This document shows positions 45,951-56,242 of a stretch of 64,000 nucleotides of DNA, in pieces. A program made the translations under genes and the position numbers. Numbering within the stretch: position 1 is the stretch's first letter; every line of letters starts with the position of its first letter. The DNA comes from an uncultured Mycoplasmatota bacterium (lineage in GTDB: Bacteria; Bacillota_I; Bacilli_A; Izemoplasmatales; Izemoplasmataceae): positions 1,027 to 65,026 of the forward strand of contig CAJXLP010000005.1 of assembly GCA_913056275.1 (NCBI GenBank), read 5' to 3'. Under the pieces are notes generated by a model. It saw nothing but the letters and a program-made list of their open reading frames with translations. It made no database searches and had not been told where the DNA came from.

Positions 45951-47699
45951 ATGCATAATTGGTCCCTTGATGCCTTGTTTGAATCATTTGATTCAAAGGC
46001 GTATGAAACTGCCCACACCGAGTTACAATCACTCACTGAAGATGCCTTAAAATGGGCGGAATCATCCGCCCAACCCGCAGAAAAGATAGCCGCTGGGCTG
46101 GCCCTTACAAAGGCCTTTCGCACGCTGTCAATTCGGGTGGGTGGATTTATAAATTTAACGCTTGCGACCGATACCCAAAACGAACGGGCCTTGCAAGAAA
46201 TGCAACGGGTTCAAGCGTTGAGTGCAAAACTATCACCGTTTCGCACAGCCTTTGAAAACTACGTCGCTGACGCCGATTTAGACAGCCTTTTAAAGGAGGA
46301 TGCCTTAGCACCGTACGCCTTTTATTTAAAGGAGATGAAAAAATCGGCTCACTACTTACTCACCTCCGCAGAAGAGCAATTATTGGCGGAACTCTCACCA
46401 ACTGGTGGGTCGGCCTGGTCTAGACTGCATAGCGTCTTAACGAGTACACTAATGATTCCTTTTGCGGACGGTGAGAAAAGCTTACCGGAAATTCGCAACC
46501 TCGCGTACAACAAAGATGGGGCGGTCCGTAAAGCAGCGTATGAAGCAGAAATTGCGGCTTATGCAAAAATTGAAGAGCCCGTTGCAGCGAGTTTAAATGC
46601 GATTAAAGGGCAAGTAAACACGCTCGTGAAAAAACGCGGGTACCACTCCCCGCTCGCGCAAGCGACTGAATATTCAAGAATGGAAGAAAAAACCTTGTCT
46701 GCGTTGTTAGAAGCGATGCAAGATCACTTCCCAAAATTCCGTGAATATCTGTTACGTAAATCAGCCTTACTCGGGCATTCTGGTGCCTTACCATGGTATG
46801 ACTTATTTGCCCCAATGGGGGAATCATCAACGACCTTTACAGAAGCTCAAGCGATCGACTATATCGAGCAACAATTCGCCAGCTTTTCCGATGAACTTGC
46901 GGGCCTTGCCCGCAAAGCCTACACCGATCAATGGATTGACTTTACCCCGAAAAAAGGGAAGCGGGGTGGGGCATTTTGCTCCAACTTGCACCCGATTAAA
47001 GCGTCCCGCATCTTAATGAACTTTGAAGGCACCTTCTCGAACGTGATTACCTTGGCCCATGAACTTGGGCATGCCTATCACGGGGAACAAATCTTTAAAG
47101 AAGACATTCTCAACGCTTCGTACACGATGCCCGTTGCAGAAACCGCGTCTACTTTGTGTGAAACCATCGTTAAACGGGCCGCCATCGAAGACGCTGAGGG
47201 TGCGGAAAAAATCTTTTTATTGGAACAATCCATCATGGGTTCTACGCAAGTCATCGTCGACATTTTTTCAAGGTTCACGTTCGAATCCAACGTCTTTGAA
47301 GCCAGAGAAAACGGCCCAATTTCTGTGGCCCGCTTGAAAGACTTTATGGAAAATGCCCAAGAAATTGCCTATGGGGAAGCGATTGATGCAGCAACGAGAC
47401 ATCCCTATATGTGGGTTAATAAACCGCATTATTACAGTCCTGGGTTATCCTTCTACAATTTCCCATACGCGTTTGGCTTACTCTTTGCCAAAGGCATTTA
47501 TGCCACGTACCAAGCGCGCGGATCGGAATTTGTCGACTCCATCAATACGCTTCTGCAAAACACCGGTCAAATGAGCGTAGAAGACGTCGCCAAAACGATC
47601 GACATCGACGTTCAAGATACGGCCTTTTGGCACCAAAGTTTACGCGTCATAGAAGCAGAAATTGATCAGTTCTTGGAACTGACCGAAGACGCCGTCTAA
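45951..47699 (+). CDS. pepF: oligoendopeptidase F (M3B)
   Basis: HELGHAYH zinc motif, ~580 aa, AGGAGG RBS. Confidence 0.85.
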   Translation: MHNWSLDALFESFDSKAYETAHTELQSLTEDALKWAESSAQPAEKIAAGLALTKAFRTLSIRVGGFINLTLATDTQNERALQEMQRVQALSAKLSPFRTAFENYVADADLDSLLKEDALAPYAFYLKEMKKSAHYLLTSAEEQLLAELSPTGGSAWSRLHSVLTSTLMIPFADGEKSLPEIRNLAYNKDGAVRKAAYEAEIAAYAKIEEPVAASLNAIKGQVNTLVKKRGYHSPLAQATEYSRMEEKTLSALLEAMQDHFPKFREYLLRKSALLGHSGALPWYDLFAPMGESSTTFTEAQAIDYIEQQFASFSDELAGLARKAYTDQWIDFTPKKGKRGGAFCSNLHPIKASRILMNFEGTFSNVITLAHELGHAYHGEQIFKEDILNASYTMPVAETASTLCETIVKRAAIEDAEGAEKIFLLEQSIMGSTQVIVDIFSRFTFESNVFEARENGPISVARLKDFMENAQEIAYGEAIDAATRHPYMWVNKPHYYSPGLSFYNFPYAFGLLFAKGIYATYQARGSEFVDSINTLLQNTGQMSVEDVAKTIDIDVQDTAFWHQSLRVIEAEIDQFLELTEDAV

Positions 47700-47704
47700 T
47701 TATC

Positions 47705-47735
47705 TCCTGGGAGTTCGTCTCCCAGGATTTTTTTT
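47705..47735 (+). terminator. intrinsic terminator after pepF
   Basis: TCCTGGGAG-TTCGT-CTCCCAGGA 9-bp stem plus an 8-T run. Confidence 0.8.
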
Positions 47736-47737
47736 GC

Positions 47738-47766
47738 TTGAAAACGGGCGCATTACCGCCTATAAT
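47738..47766 (+). promoter_or_regulatory. sigma-70-like promoter of the pheST leader
   Basis: TTGAAA (47738..43), 17-nt spacer, TATAAT (47761..66). Confidence 0.65.
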
Positions 47767-47774
47767 AATGAAAA

Positions 47775-47982
47775 AGCAATGATGGTAGTGGGATTGACCC
47801 CCGCAGTGAGGAGTGACTAGTGCAAACACTCCCGGTCAGACTATCCCTTTCGCTACTGGAGTGGTGCTAATCCCACCCGCTGCATCCAGCGTTATGGATC
47901 GAGAGCCTTGACTGTCAGTCAGGGAATATTAGGTGGTACCGCGGAAAACTTTCGTCCTTCTTCATGCAAGAAGGATTTTTTT
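47775..47982 (+). promoter_or_regulatory. T-box riboswitch leader of pheST (Phe specifier UUC)
   Basis: T-box sequence TTAGGTGGTACCGCG (47929..47943). Terminator TCCTTCTT-CATGC-AAGAAGGA plus a T-run (47955..47982). Stem I can be drawn with GTAG/CTAC and TGGGA/TCCC helices, leaving TTTCG bulged on the 3' side (TTC at 47849..51 followed by a purine). Confidence 0.85.
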
Positions 47983-47998
47983 ATTTTAAGGAGGCGTT

Positions 47999-49027
47999 AT
48001 GGACGCATTCGATACGCTAAAACACGCATTTCATGCGCGTTTAAAAACGAGTCAGACCGATCAAGAATTGGCCCAGCTTAAAGCGGATTATTTAGGAAAA
48101 AAAGGGGAAGTCACCCAACTCATGCAAGTGATGAAAGACTTATCTGAGAGCGAACGCCCCGTTTATGGTCAGCGTGTAAACGCTCTAAAAAAAGAGTTAT
48201 CAGAGGCGTTAAATGCCCATAAAAAAGCGCTTGAAAAAGCGCTGCTCGAAGCGCAACTTGCGGCGGAGAAAATTGACGTCACACTACCGGGTGATCGCGT
48301 CCAGTTAGGCGCGCGCCATATTTTATCGTCAATCGTTGAATCGATCGAGGATTTATTTGTTGGACTGGGCTATCAAGTGAAAGAAGGGCCTGAAATCGAA
48401 TCCGATGAATTCAATTTTGAAAAATTAAATTTACCTAAACATCACCCAGCGCGCGACATGCAAGATAGCTTTTATATCGATCCCAATACGCTACTTCGAA
48501 CCCACACGTCGCCGGTCCAAGTACGGACCATGTTGGAGGTCGGGGGTCAAAAACCCGTGAAGATTATTTGCCCAGGTAAAGTCTACCGGCGAGACGATGA
48601 TGATGCGACACACTCGCATCAGTTCATGCAAATTGAAGGATTGGTGGTCGATCATCACACGTCGATGGCTGACCTTAAAGGGACGCTTTTAAAAATGGCC
48701 CAAACAATGTTTGGAGCCGATCGTACGATTCGATTGCGGCCATCTTATTTCCCGTTTACTGAGCCATCGGTGGAAGTCGATGTCAGTTGTTACAACTGTG
48801 ATGGAGCCGGCTGCTCGATCTGTAAACACACCGGATATATCGAAATATTAGGGGCCGGAATGGTCCATGACAACGTCTTGAAAATGAGTGGCTATGACCC
48901 AAAAGAGTATCAAGGGTTTGCCTTTGGCATCGGCGTTGAACGGATTGCCATGCTTAAATATGGCATCGAAGATATCCGGCATTTTTATACGAATGACATG
49001 CGGTTTTTACGCATGTTTAACCAGTAA
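47999..49027 (+). CDS. pheS: phenylalanyl-tRNA synthetase alpha subunit
   Basis: [18 protein letters not shown] and [11 protein letters not shown] class II motifs. Confidence 0.92.
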   Translation: MDAFDTLKHAFHARLKTSQTDQELAQLKADYLGKKGEVTQLMQVMKDLSESERPVYGQRVNALKKELSEALNAHKKALEKALLEAQLAAEKIDVTLPGDRVQLGARHILSSIVESIEDLFVGLGYQVKEGPEIESDEFNFEKLNLPKHHPARDMQDSFYIDPNTLLRTHTSPVQVRTMLEVGGQKPVKIICPGKVYRRDDDDATHSHQFMQIEGLVVDHHTSMADLKGTLLKMAQTMFGADRTIRLRPSYFPFTEPSVEVDVSCYNCDGAGCSICKHTGYIEILGAGMVHDNVLKMSGYDPKEYQGFAFGIGVERIAMLKYGIEDIRHFYTNDMRFLRMFNQ

Positions 49028-49038
49028 AGGAGGGCGCT

Positions 49039-51369
49039 ATGAACGTATCAATGAAGTGGTTAAGTGACTATATCCAATCGCATATCGACCCGAATGATCT
49101 GGCGGAAAAAATCTCCCTGCACGCGCAAGAAGTCGCCGACGTACGCCCGCTGTATGCGGCAGAAGGCTTAGTACTTGGCCGAGTTGAATCGACTGAGGCA
49201 ATTCCTGACAGTAAAAATAAGCGGTGCGTCGTGACGGTCAATGGCACGCAACGAACCATTGTCTGCGGGGCGCCTAACGTCGCGCCTGGGCAAGATGTGA
49301 TCGTGGCCGATATTGGCGCGACATTGCCGGGCGATGTGACGATTCAAAAAGCGACCATCAACGGCATTGAATCTGCCGGCATGATCGTCTCTTTGAGTGA
49401 ACTTGGCATCGATAAAAAGTATCATCAAGAAAGTGGCATTCACGTGGTGAATGATCCACATCACGACGCTTCCTTTGGGCTCGATGATACAGTGGTTGAA
49501 ATTGAACTGACGCCCAACCGGATGGATTTAATGAGTATGTTGGGGGTGGCCTATGAAGTCTCGGCCATCTATGAAGTTCCGCTCACACTGCCTGAGGTCA
49601 CTGTCAAGGAAGTGGCCAAAGTCAATCCCTATACGATAACAAGTGATACGCCCAAATGCATGGCCTACTACGGACGGGTGATTGAAAACGTCACCGTGAA
49701 AGACAGTCCAGAGTGGTTAAAAAACCGACTCATAGCGGCGGGGATTCGTCCCATTAATACGATCGTAGACGTGACCAACTACATCATGATCGATCTTGGT
49801 CAACCGCTACACGCGTTTGATTCAGATACGATTGGCACACAGGCGATTCGCGTAAAAACCGCAGAGACAGACACGACGTTTCAAACGTTAGACGGACAAA
49901 CCCGCGCCTTAAAATCAGGCGACATCTTAATTACCGATGGAAAACGCCCGATTGCGTTAGGGGGTGTCATGGGCGGACTTGATACCGAAGTAACCCAGTC
50001 AACGACGACGATATTTTTAGAGAGTGCGATTTTCGAAGACAGACAAATTGGTCAAACCTCACGCCGGCTTGATCTGCGGAGTGAAGCATCCTTGCGTTAT
50101 GAGCGGGGAATCGCGCATGACCGGGCGATTTTAGCACTAAATAAAGCTGTCACCATGATTCAAGCGTTATCCGGCGGCGAGATATTAAAAGGCATCGCCG
50201 AACATGTGCAAACTCCCCCCACACCCTGGACGGTGTCCTTGCAAACATCAAGGGTCAATCAATTACTCGGCACAACGCTCAGTGATGCGGAAATTAAAGC
50301 ATTGTTAGAGCGCTTGCAATTAACGGTTAAACCGACCAAAGAAACGCTTGAAGTGACCATTCCTCCGCGCCGTTTAGATTTACATACCGACCAAGATTTA
50401 ATCGAAGAAGTGGGCCGTTTGTACGGCTATAACCATTTAGATATTCGCTTACCTAGCACGCAAACGCAAGGGTATTTAACCGACCACCAAAAACGTCGGC
50501 GTGCCATAAAATCGCACTTAGAAGGGCTTGGTTTTTTTGAAAGCATTACCTATTCTCTGACCCATCCAGATTTGGAACGAGGCTTTGTTTCACGTGAACC
50601 GACCGCCGTCTTAAGACCCTTAAGTACCGATCAACAAACGCTCAAACAAACGGTCGTCCCGGGCTTACTTGAGGTGTTAAGTTATCATCATGCACGGCAA
50701 ATGGATGACGCGAAAATTTATGAACTACGCACCCTGTACTGGGAAGAAGAAATCGAGACCTTAGGCATCGCGATGTCTGGTACGTCGACGCATTCATCGT
50801 GGAAACCCCCCGTCCCTGTCGATTTTTATAGCATCAAAGGACTCGTTCAACACGTCTTAGCCATGTTCAACGTCTCCGCTGAATTTGTTGCATCGCGCTT
50901 AGAAGCGATGCATCCGCACCAAACTGCAGAGATACGCATCGCTGGTCAAGTGTGCGGGTTTGTGGGTAAAGTGCATCCTGAGACTGCCAGTCAATATGAC
51001 TTAAAAGACATCTATGTCGCAGAACTTTACATCACGCGACTCGCCGCAATGAGTGACCGGCATATTACGTATACGCCAGTCACGAAAATGCAATCAGTTC
51101 GGCGCGATTTAGCGCTTTTAGTCGATAAAACTATCCCAGCGGGCGTCGTGTTAAGCACGATAAAATCATCCAATGTACCGTATTTAGTCGACGCAGAAAT
51201 ATTTGATGTGTATACGGGCTCACCGCTTTTAGATTCCGAAAAATCACTCGCCATTCGGGTGGCGTTTAACGACGCCAATCAAACGTTTAAGACCGAAGAC
51301 ATCGATGCGTTAATGGATCAGTTACTCACGCATTTGAAAAATGAACACGCCGTAAAATTACGCACATAA
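49039..51369 (+). CDS. pheT: phenylalanyl-tRNA synthetase beta subunit
   Basis: N-terminal tRNA-binding domain, B3/4, B5 and FDX-ACB-like C-terminus. Conserved position after pheS. Confidence 0.9.
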   Translation: MNVSMKWLSDYIQSHIDPNDLAEKISLHAQEVADVRPLYAAEGLVLGRVESTEAIPDSKNKRCVVTVNGTQRTIVCGAPNVAPGQDVIVADIGATLPGDVTIQKATINGIESAGMIVSLSELGIDKKYHQESGIHVVNDPHHDASFGLDDTVVEIELTPNRMDLMSMLGVAYEVSAIYEVPLTLPEVTVKEVAKVNPYTITSDTPKCMAYYGRVIENVTVKDSPEWLKNRLIAAGIRPINTIVDVTNYIMIDLGQPLHAFDSDTIGTQAIRVKTAETDTTFQTLDGQTRALKSGDILITDGKRPIALGGVMGGLDTEVTQSTTTIFLESAIFEDRQIGQTSRRLDLRSEASLRYERGIAHDRAILALNKAVTMIQALSGGEILKGIAEHVQTPPTPWTVSLQTSRVNQLLGTTLSDAEIKALLERLQLTVKPTKETLEVTIPPRRLDLHTDQDLIEEVGRLYGYNHLDIRLPSTQTQGYLTDHQKRRRAIKSHLEGLGFFESITYSLTHPDLERGFVSREPTAVLRPLSTDQQTLKQTVVPGLLEVLSYHHARQMDDAKIYELRTLYWEEEIETLGIAMSGTSTHSSWKPPVPVDFYSIKGLVQHVLAMFNVSAEFVASRLEAMHPHQTAEIRIAGQVCGFVGKVHPETASQYDLKDIYVAELYITRLAAMSDRHITYTPVTKMQSVRRDLALLVDKTIPAGVVLSTIKSSNVPYLVDAEIFDVYTGSPLLDSEKSLAIRVAFNDANQTFKTEDIDALMDQLLTHLKNEHAVKLRT

Positions 51370-51391
51370 ACGAGACTTCGGTCTCGTTTTT
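51370..51391 (+). terminator. intrinsic terminator after pheT
   Basis: ACGAGAC-TTCG-GTCTCGT plus TTTT. Confidence 0.75.
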
Positions 51392-51465
51392 ATTTACCTG
51401 GGTCTGTTATAGAAAACGGTTACAAATTTTGGTACACTAAATGTATCAAAGACGCGAGGCGAACG

Positions 51466-52575
51466 ATGGATATAGGGGTATTAAAAGAAATTAAAAATAA
51501 CGAACATCGAGTGGGCATGACCCCCGATGGGGTGAGTCATCTCGTCAAACACGGTCACGATGTGTTCATCGAAATTGGTGCGGGCGAAGGATCGGGCATT
51601 TCAGATAGTGAGTATTTAGCGGTCGGCGCCCATCTTTTAAAAACCGCCGAAGACGTTTGGGCCAAAGATCTGATTATTAAAGTGAAAGAACCATTGCCGG
51701 AAGAATATCCGTACTTAAGAGCGAACCAAATCGTCTTCACATTTTTCCATTTAGCGGCCAATCAAGCCTTGACTGATGCGTTATTAAAAGCGAAAACAAC
51801 GGCGATCGCCTATGAAACCGTCGAAGAAAACGGTGAACTCCCATTACTGAGACCGATGAGTGAAGTGGCAGGACGGCGAAGTGTGATCGTTGGTGCCACG
51901 TATCTAGAAAAACATCGTGGTGGAGCAGGCATCTTATTATCCGGTGTCCCCGGCGTAGCGAAAGGGCATGTCGTAATTATCGGTGGCGGAGTGGCGGGCA
52001 TTAGTGCGGCGCGGATGGCACTTGGACTCGGAGCGCGCGTCACGCTTTTAGAACTCAAAGAGCATAAGATGCGGACGCTGGAACAATTGTTCGGCACGCA
52101 GCTTCAAATTTTAAAAAGTAATCCGTTAAACATCGAAAAGACGGTCGAAACGGCGGATGTCCTCATTTCAACCGTCCTCATACCAGGGGCCAAAGCCGTC
52201 CACTTAGTCAAAGAATCAGACGTTAAAAAAATGCCGAAAGGCAGTGTCATTATTGATATATCGATCGATCAAGGGGGCACGATTGAAACCATTGACCGGA
52301 CGACGACCCATGATGATCCCATCTTTATCAAGCACGATGTCGTGCATTACTCGGTGCCAAATATTCCAGGGGCCACCCCGCGGACCTCAACCTATGCCTT
52401 GACGAATGCGACCACGCATTACATCGAAGCCTTAGCCCGTCAGGGATTAAACGGGGCCATCAGACAGCTTAGTGAATTAGAAAAAGGCGTTAATACATAC
52501 CTTGGGCACGTGACTTATGAAGCCGTTGCCAAGGCGTTTGACTACCCGTACACGCCGTTAAAAACACTCCTTTAG
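51466..52575 (+). CDS. ald: alanine dehydrogenase
   Basis: GVLKEIKNNEHRVGMTP and IIGGGVAGISAA NAD-binding motifs; ~370 aa. Confidence 0.85.
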   Translation: MDIGVLKEIKNNEHRVGMTPDGVSHLVKHGHDVFIEIGAGEGSGISDSEYLAVGAHLLKTAEDVWAKDLIIKVKEPLPEEYPYLRANQIVFTFFHLAANQALTDALLKAKTTAIAYETVEENGELPLLRPMSEVAGRRSVIVGATYLEKHRGGAGILLSGVPGVAKGHVVIIGGGVAGISAARMALGLGARVTLLELKEHKMRTLEQLFGTQLQILKSNPLNIEKTVETADVLISTVLIPGAKAVHLVKESDVKKMPKGSVIIDISIDQGGTIETIDRTTTHDDPIFIKHDVVHYSVPNIPGATPRTSTYALTNATTHYIEALARQGLNGAIRQLSELEKGVNTYLGHVTYEAVAKAFDYPYTPLKTLL

Positions 52576-52605
52576 CGTTCCGTTACAGCACGGGACGTTT
52601 TTTTT
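52576..52605 (+). terminator. intrinsic terminator after ald
   Basis: CGTTCCG-loop-CGGGACG (one G-U pair) plus an 8-T run. Confidence 0.7.
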
Positions 52606-52667
52606 ATCAATGCGGCTTCTATGCTATAATAAGGGCATCCAAATTATTATATAAAGGGTGTGAATTG

Positions 52668-53240
52668 ATGTCATTTTCTGCCTTAAAAAACGCAGCAAAA
52701 GCCAGCTATTCCGAACAAAAAGGGACGATGATTTTAATCGTCTTGATCGAAATTATCGTGTTTACATCCTTAGCCTCGACCGTGCTCGGTGCCTTGCTTG
52801 TATTACCGATTCACGTTGGTGCGGCGTATGCGTTTCTTAAGATCTCACGCAATGAACGCGCGGAACTGGGTGATTTAGTCGTGAGCTTACGTGGCTCAAG
52901 TTATTTCAACCACGTCGTCCAGTTGTTTTTACGGGGACTTTACCTCTTTTTATGGTCACTACTCTTGATTATTCCGGCCATCATTAAGTATTACAGTTAC
53001 TTTTTAACGCCTTACATTTTAGCCGATGATCCCGAAAGTACGAATCCCATCACAAATTCTAGAGAAATGATGGACGGTCATAAACTCGAACTTTTTTGGC
53101 TCCAGCTTTCATTCATCGGGTGGTTTTTACTGGGTGCTTTAACGTTTGGCATCTTGACTGTGATATACGTATCGCCTTATTATCGCCAAACGATGGCGAA
53201 TTACTATATACGTTTAAAAACTAAAAAAGGTGGAAACTAA
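52668..53240 (+). CDS. DUF975-like integral membrane protein
   Basis: N-terminus SFSALKNAAKASYSEQKG followed by TM hairpins, the typical DUF975 layout. Confidence 0.5.
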   Translation: MSFSALKNAAKASYSEQKGTMILIVLIEIIVFTSLASTVLGALLVLPIHVGAAYAFLKISRNERAELGDLVVSLRGSSYFNHVVQLFLRGLYLFLWSLLLIIPAIIKYYSYFLTPYILADDPESTNPITNSREMMDGHKLELFWLQLSFIGWFLLGALTFGILTVIYVSPYYRQTMANYYIRLKTKKGGN

Positions 53241-53241
53241 C

Positions 53242-53730
53242 ATGCCCATTTACAATCAAGTCCTCATCATTTACGGAAGTGAAACCGGCAATACTGAACG
53301 TGCGGCGGAGATTATGTCGCATGTCCTTAATCAACACGACGAGATTACCGCAGAAACGATTTCTGCCGCAGATTTACGCGTTGAAGAAAAACTGAAAAAT
53401 GCGACAGCCGTCCTCATGGGCGCATCAACCTGGGATCACGGTCTTCCTCAAGATGATTTCAAACTGTTTATGGAAGAAGTTCCTCAAGCACTGATTGAGC
53501 CATTAGAAGTTGGTATTTTTGGGTTTGGTGACCCCGACGGGTTCCCAGAAGCCTTTTGTGGTGCTACGGATGAAATCCGTCGTTGGCTCAAAGCCGCCAA
53601 CGCCACGGTCGTGGGTGACAATTTACGACTGGGCGGTGACGCCGATGAGTTGCGCCAAGATTTAGAAACCTTTGCCTTGAAATTTGTTGGTGTATCCAAC
53701 GACTTAGACCCGACCCATGTCATTAATTAA
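53242..53730 (+). CDS. flavodoxin
   Basis: VLIIYGSETGNTE FMN phosphate-binding loop; ~160 aa. AAAGGTGGA RBS. Confidence 0.75.
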   Translation: MPIYNQVLIIYGSETGNTERAAEIMSHVLNQHDEITAETISAADLRVEEKLKNATAVLMGASTWDHGLPQDDFKLFMEEVPQALIEPLEVGIFGFGDPDGFPEAFCGATDEIRRWLKAANATVVGDNLRLGGDADELRQDLETFALKFVGVSNDLDPTHVIN

Positions 53731-53742
53731 CCGAGGCCGCCG

Positions 53743-54606
53743 TTGACGCGCGGCCGGATTATTAAACTGACCGGAGGCATTTATACGGTGTTTGATGGCA
53801 CCGATGAGGTGCCTTGTAAGCCACGCGGGCTGTTTCGTCATCAATCGATTGATCCAAGAGTTGGAGATATTGTGTCGTTTGATAAATCAGAACGTGTCAT
53901 CACGGCTTTAGAAGACCGTCATTCAATGCTTAAAAGACCGCCCGTCGCGAATGTGGACCAAGCATTCATATTGATGAGTGCCAAGGCGCCAGAATTTTCG
54001 CTCATCTTACTCGACCGCTTTTTAGTGCAAATTGCCATCGCGCAAATTAATGGCATCATTGTCTTGACTAAAATCGATCTGTTAAGTGTCGACGAACTGA
54101 ATCACTTGCACGATACGATGGCATTTTATGAAGACTATTACACCGTGTTGTATGTCTCAAAACACGATTTAGCCACGGTTGAACCATTAAAACCATACTT
54201 AAACGACCAATTGACCGTCTTTGCGGGGCAAACCGGGGCGGGTAAAAGCAGTCTCATCAATGCCTTATCCCCCGAACTAAATTTAAAAACCGGAGAAATA
54301 TCAAAGGCCTTAGGGCGTGGCCGTCATACGACGAGGCACGTTGAACTGTGGCATCGCTTTGGCGGGTTTATTGTGGACACGCCTGGGTTTTCCAAATTAT
54401 CCTTTGAAGATTTAGACAAAGAAAACTTACGGGACTACTTCATTGAATTTGAACGCTTGCAAACTGCCTGTAAATTCCGGACTTGTCAGCATTTCAATGA
54501 ACCGGGATGCGCCATTAAAAAAGCTGTTGAAGACGGTGAAATCCCGCAGCATCGGTATCAAAGTTATCAAAAAATATACGAAGAATTAAAAAGCTTAGAA
54601 TACTGA
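53743..54606 (+). CDS. rsgA: ribosome small-subunit-dependent GTPase A
   Basis: Circularly permuted GTPase: LTKIDL (G4) comes before GQTGAGKSSLINAL (G1). C-terminal zinc knuckle CKFRTCQHFNEPGC. TTG start after GAGG. Confidence 0.85.
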   Translation: MTRGRIIKLTGGIYTVFDGTDEVPCKPRGLFRHQSIDPRVGDIVSFDKSERVITALEDRHSMLKRPPVANVDQAFILMSAKAPEFSLILLDRFLVQIAIAQINGIIVLTKIDLLSVDELNHLHDTMAFYEDYYTVLYVSKHDLATVEPLKPYLNDQLTVFAGQTGAGKSSLINALSPELNLKTGEISKALGRGRHTTRHVELWHRFGGFIVDTPGFSKLSFEDLDKENLRDYFIEFERLQTACKFRTCQHFNEPGCAIKKAVEDGEIPQHRYQSYQKIYEELKSLEY

Positions 54607-54617
54607 TTGGAGCATGT

Positions 54618-55256
54618 ATGATCATTGCACCTTCACTGTTGGCGGCCAACTTTCAGTCGTTGGAACAGGCGCTAAAGCAAATCGAAGATGCACGGTGGTT
54701 ACATCTAGATGTCATGGATGGTCATTTCGTGCCAAACTTATCGTTTGGGCCCATGGTCATCGAAGCCATTCGACCATTGTCTGAACACGTCTTTGACACG
54801 CACTTAATGGTGGCGAATCCAGGGCAACTGATTGATGCATACATCGAGGCAGGCAGTGATCGCATCACGTTTCATGTGGAAGTCGATGAAGACAAACATG
54901 CGCTCATTGATTATTTAAAAACCCGAAATACCCCCGTTGGACTGTCAATTAAACCGCACACAAGTGTGGAGCAGCTTTTACCTTACGTCGATCGGCTTGA
55001 TCACGTCTTAGTCATGAGTGTAGAACCAGGATTTGGGGGCCAAAGTTTTATTGACCATTCCTTAGAAAAAATCCGTCAATTAAAAACCTTAAGAACCACC
55101 CATGATGCGAATTTCTTAATTAGTGTGGATGGGGGCATCAATGCGTCGAATGTCGATGCTGTGGTGGACGCCGGGGCGGATGTGTGTGTCGTCGGATCAT
55201 CCATCTTTAAAGCGGCTGACCCAGCAGCTGCCTTGAAAGCCTTTTATGATCGTTAA
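54618..55256 (+). CDS. rpe: ribulose-phosphate 3-epimerase
   Basis: HLDVMDGHFVPN, MSVEPGFGGQ, VDGGI. Confidence 0.9.
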   Translation: MIIAPSLLAANFQSLEQALKQIEDARWLHLDVMDGHFVPNLSFGPMVIEAIRPLSEHVFDTHLMVANPGQLIDAYIEAGSDRITFHVEVDEDKHALIDYLKTRNTPVGLSIKPHTSVEQLLPYVDRLDHVLVMSVEPGFGGQSFIDHSLEKIRQLKTLRTTHDANFLISVDGGINASNVDAVVDAGADVCVVGSSIFKAADPAAALKAFYDR

Positions 55257-55833
55257 TATTTGTCTACCCCCAACCCCATATACGATTCAAACGGAGGCGG
55301 ATTACACCATTGCGGTTGAATCTGCGGCCGTTTTTTTACATGAAAAAAATCACCCGGTCGATCGCATTGTGGGTGATTTTGATTCGAGTAATTTAGCCAC
55401 CATTCAATCGTTGTATCCCGATACATCCATTGACGCAGTATCAGCGGTCAAAGATGAGACAGACTCTGAACTTGCCCTAACCGAAGCACTGTTGATGAAC
55501 CCCGACCATATTTATATGTATACCAACGTTGGCGTGCGGTTAGATCATGTCATCGCCAATGTGCGGTTGTTGGCAAGAGGTCCCGTCACGCTGATCAACG
55601 ATCACGTGCGCGCTTACGTCTTACATCCTGGCACGCATTCGATTACGCCCAAACACACGTATGTGTCATTCTTTGCCTTTGACCCCGTGCAGGCTTTGTC
55701 ACTTAAGGGATTTAAATACCCGTTAGAATCCGCCGATCTTGATGTAAAAACCATCCAAACGATTTCCAATGAGGGCTCGGGTACGGTTACGTTTAAAACT
55801 GGAACGTTATTAGTGATTGAAGCATCCGACTAA
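55246..55833 (+). CDS. thiamine pyrophosphokinase
   Basis: GDFDS motif, KDETDSELA, and the conserved rsgA-rpe-thiN order. Confidence 0.75.
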   Translation: MIVNICLPPTPYTIQTEADYTIAVESAAVFLHEKNHPVDRIVGDFDSSNLATIQSLYPDTSIDAVSAVKDETDSELALTEALLMNPDHIYMYTNVGVRLDHVIANVRLLARGPVTLINDHVRAYVLHPGTHSITPKHTYVSFFAFDPVQALSLKGFKYPLESADLDVKTIQTISNEGSGTVTFKTGTLLVIEASD

Positions 55834-55851
55834 AAAAAAAGACTCACGAAT

Positions 55852-56040
55852 TTAGACGCGAGTCAGTTTATTTTTTTTCAATGCACGAGCCGAGACGTAA
55901 ACAGTTTTAACTTTTCCGTCTTCTTCAATTCTCACTTTTTGTAAATTCGCTTTCCAAACCCGTTTGGTCGAGTTTAAGGAAAATGAACGCGTGTTTCCTG
56001 ACATAATTTTCTTTCCGGTTACGTAGCATTCTTTAGCCAT
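55852..56040 (-). CDS. rpmB: 50S ribosomal protein L28
   Basis: [11 protein letters not shown]...[21 protein letters not shown]. Confidence 0.9.
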   Translation of the reverse strand: MAKECYVTGKKIMSGNTRSFSLNSTKRVWKANLQKVRIEEDGKVKTVYVSARALKKNKLTRV

Positions 56041-56154
56041 ATCATATCCTCCTAAAGACTGAGTGCAATCGCTCGATTAGTATAGCATACTCCCCCGATT
56101 TAGCAAGTCACTAAATGAGTCTAGTTCATTGAGTTGCAAAAATTGCATAATAAC

Positions 56155-56183
56155 TTGCAGTTCTCACGTGACAATGCTAAACT
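56155..56183 (+). promoter_or_regulatory. candidate promoter of the yloV/fakA-like gene
   Basis: TTGCAG, 17-nt spacer ending in TGC, TAAACT. Confidence 0.45.
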
Positions 56184-56242
56184 ATATGAGTAATGTGTAG
56201 TCACTCGAATATTTCGTGCATTGAATGCACGTGGAGGCTTAT

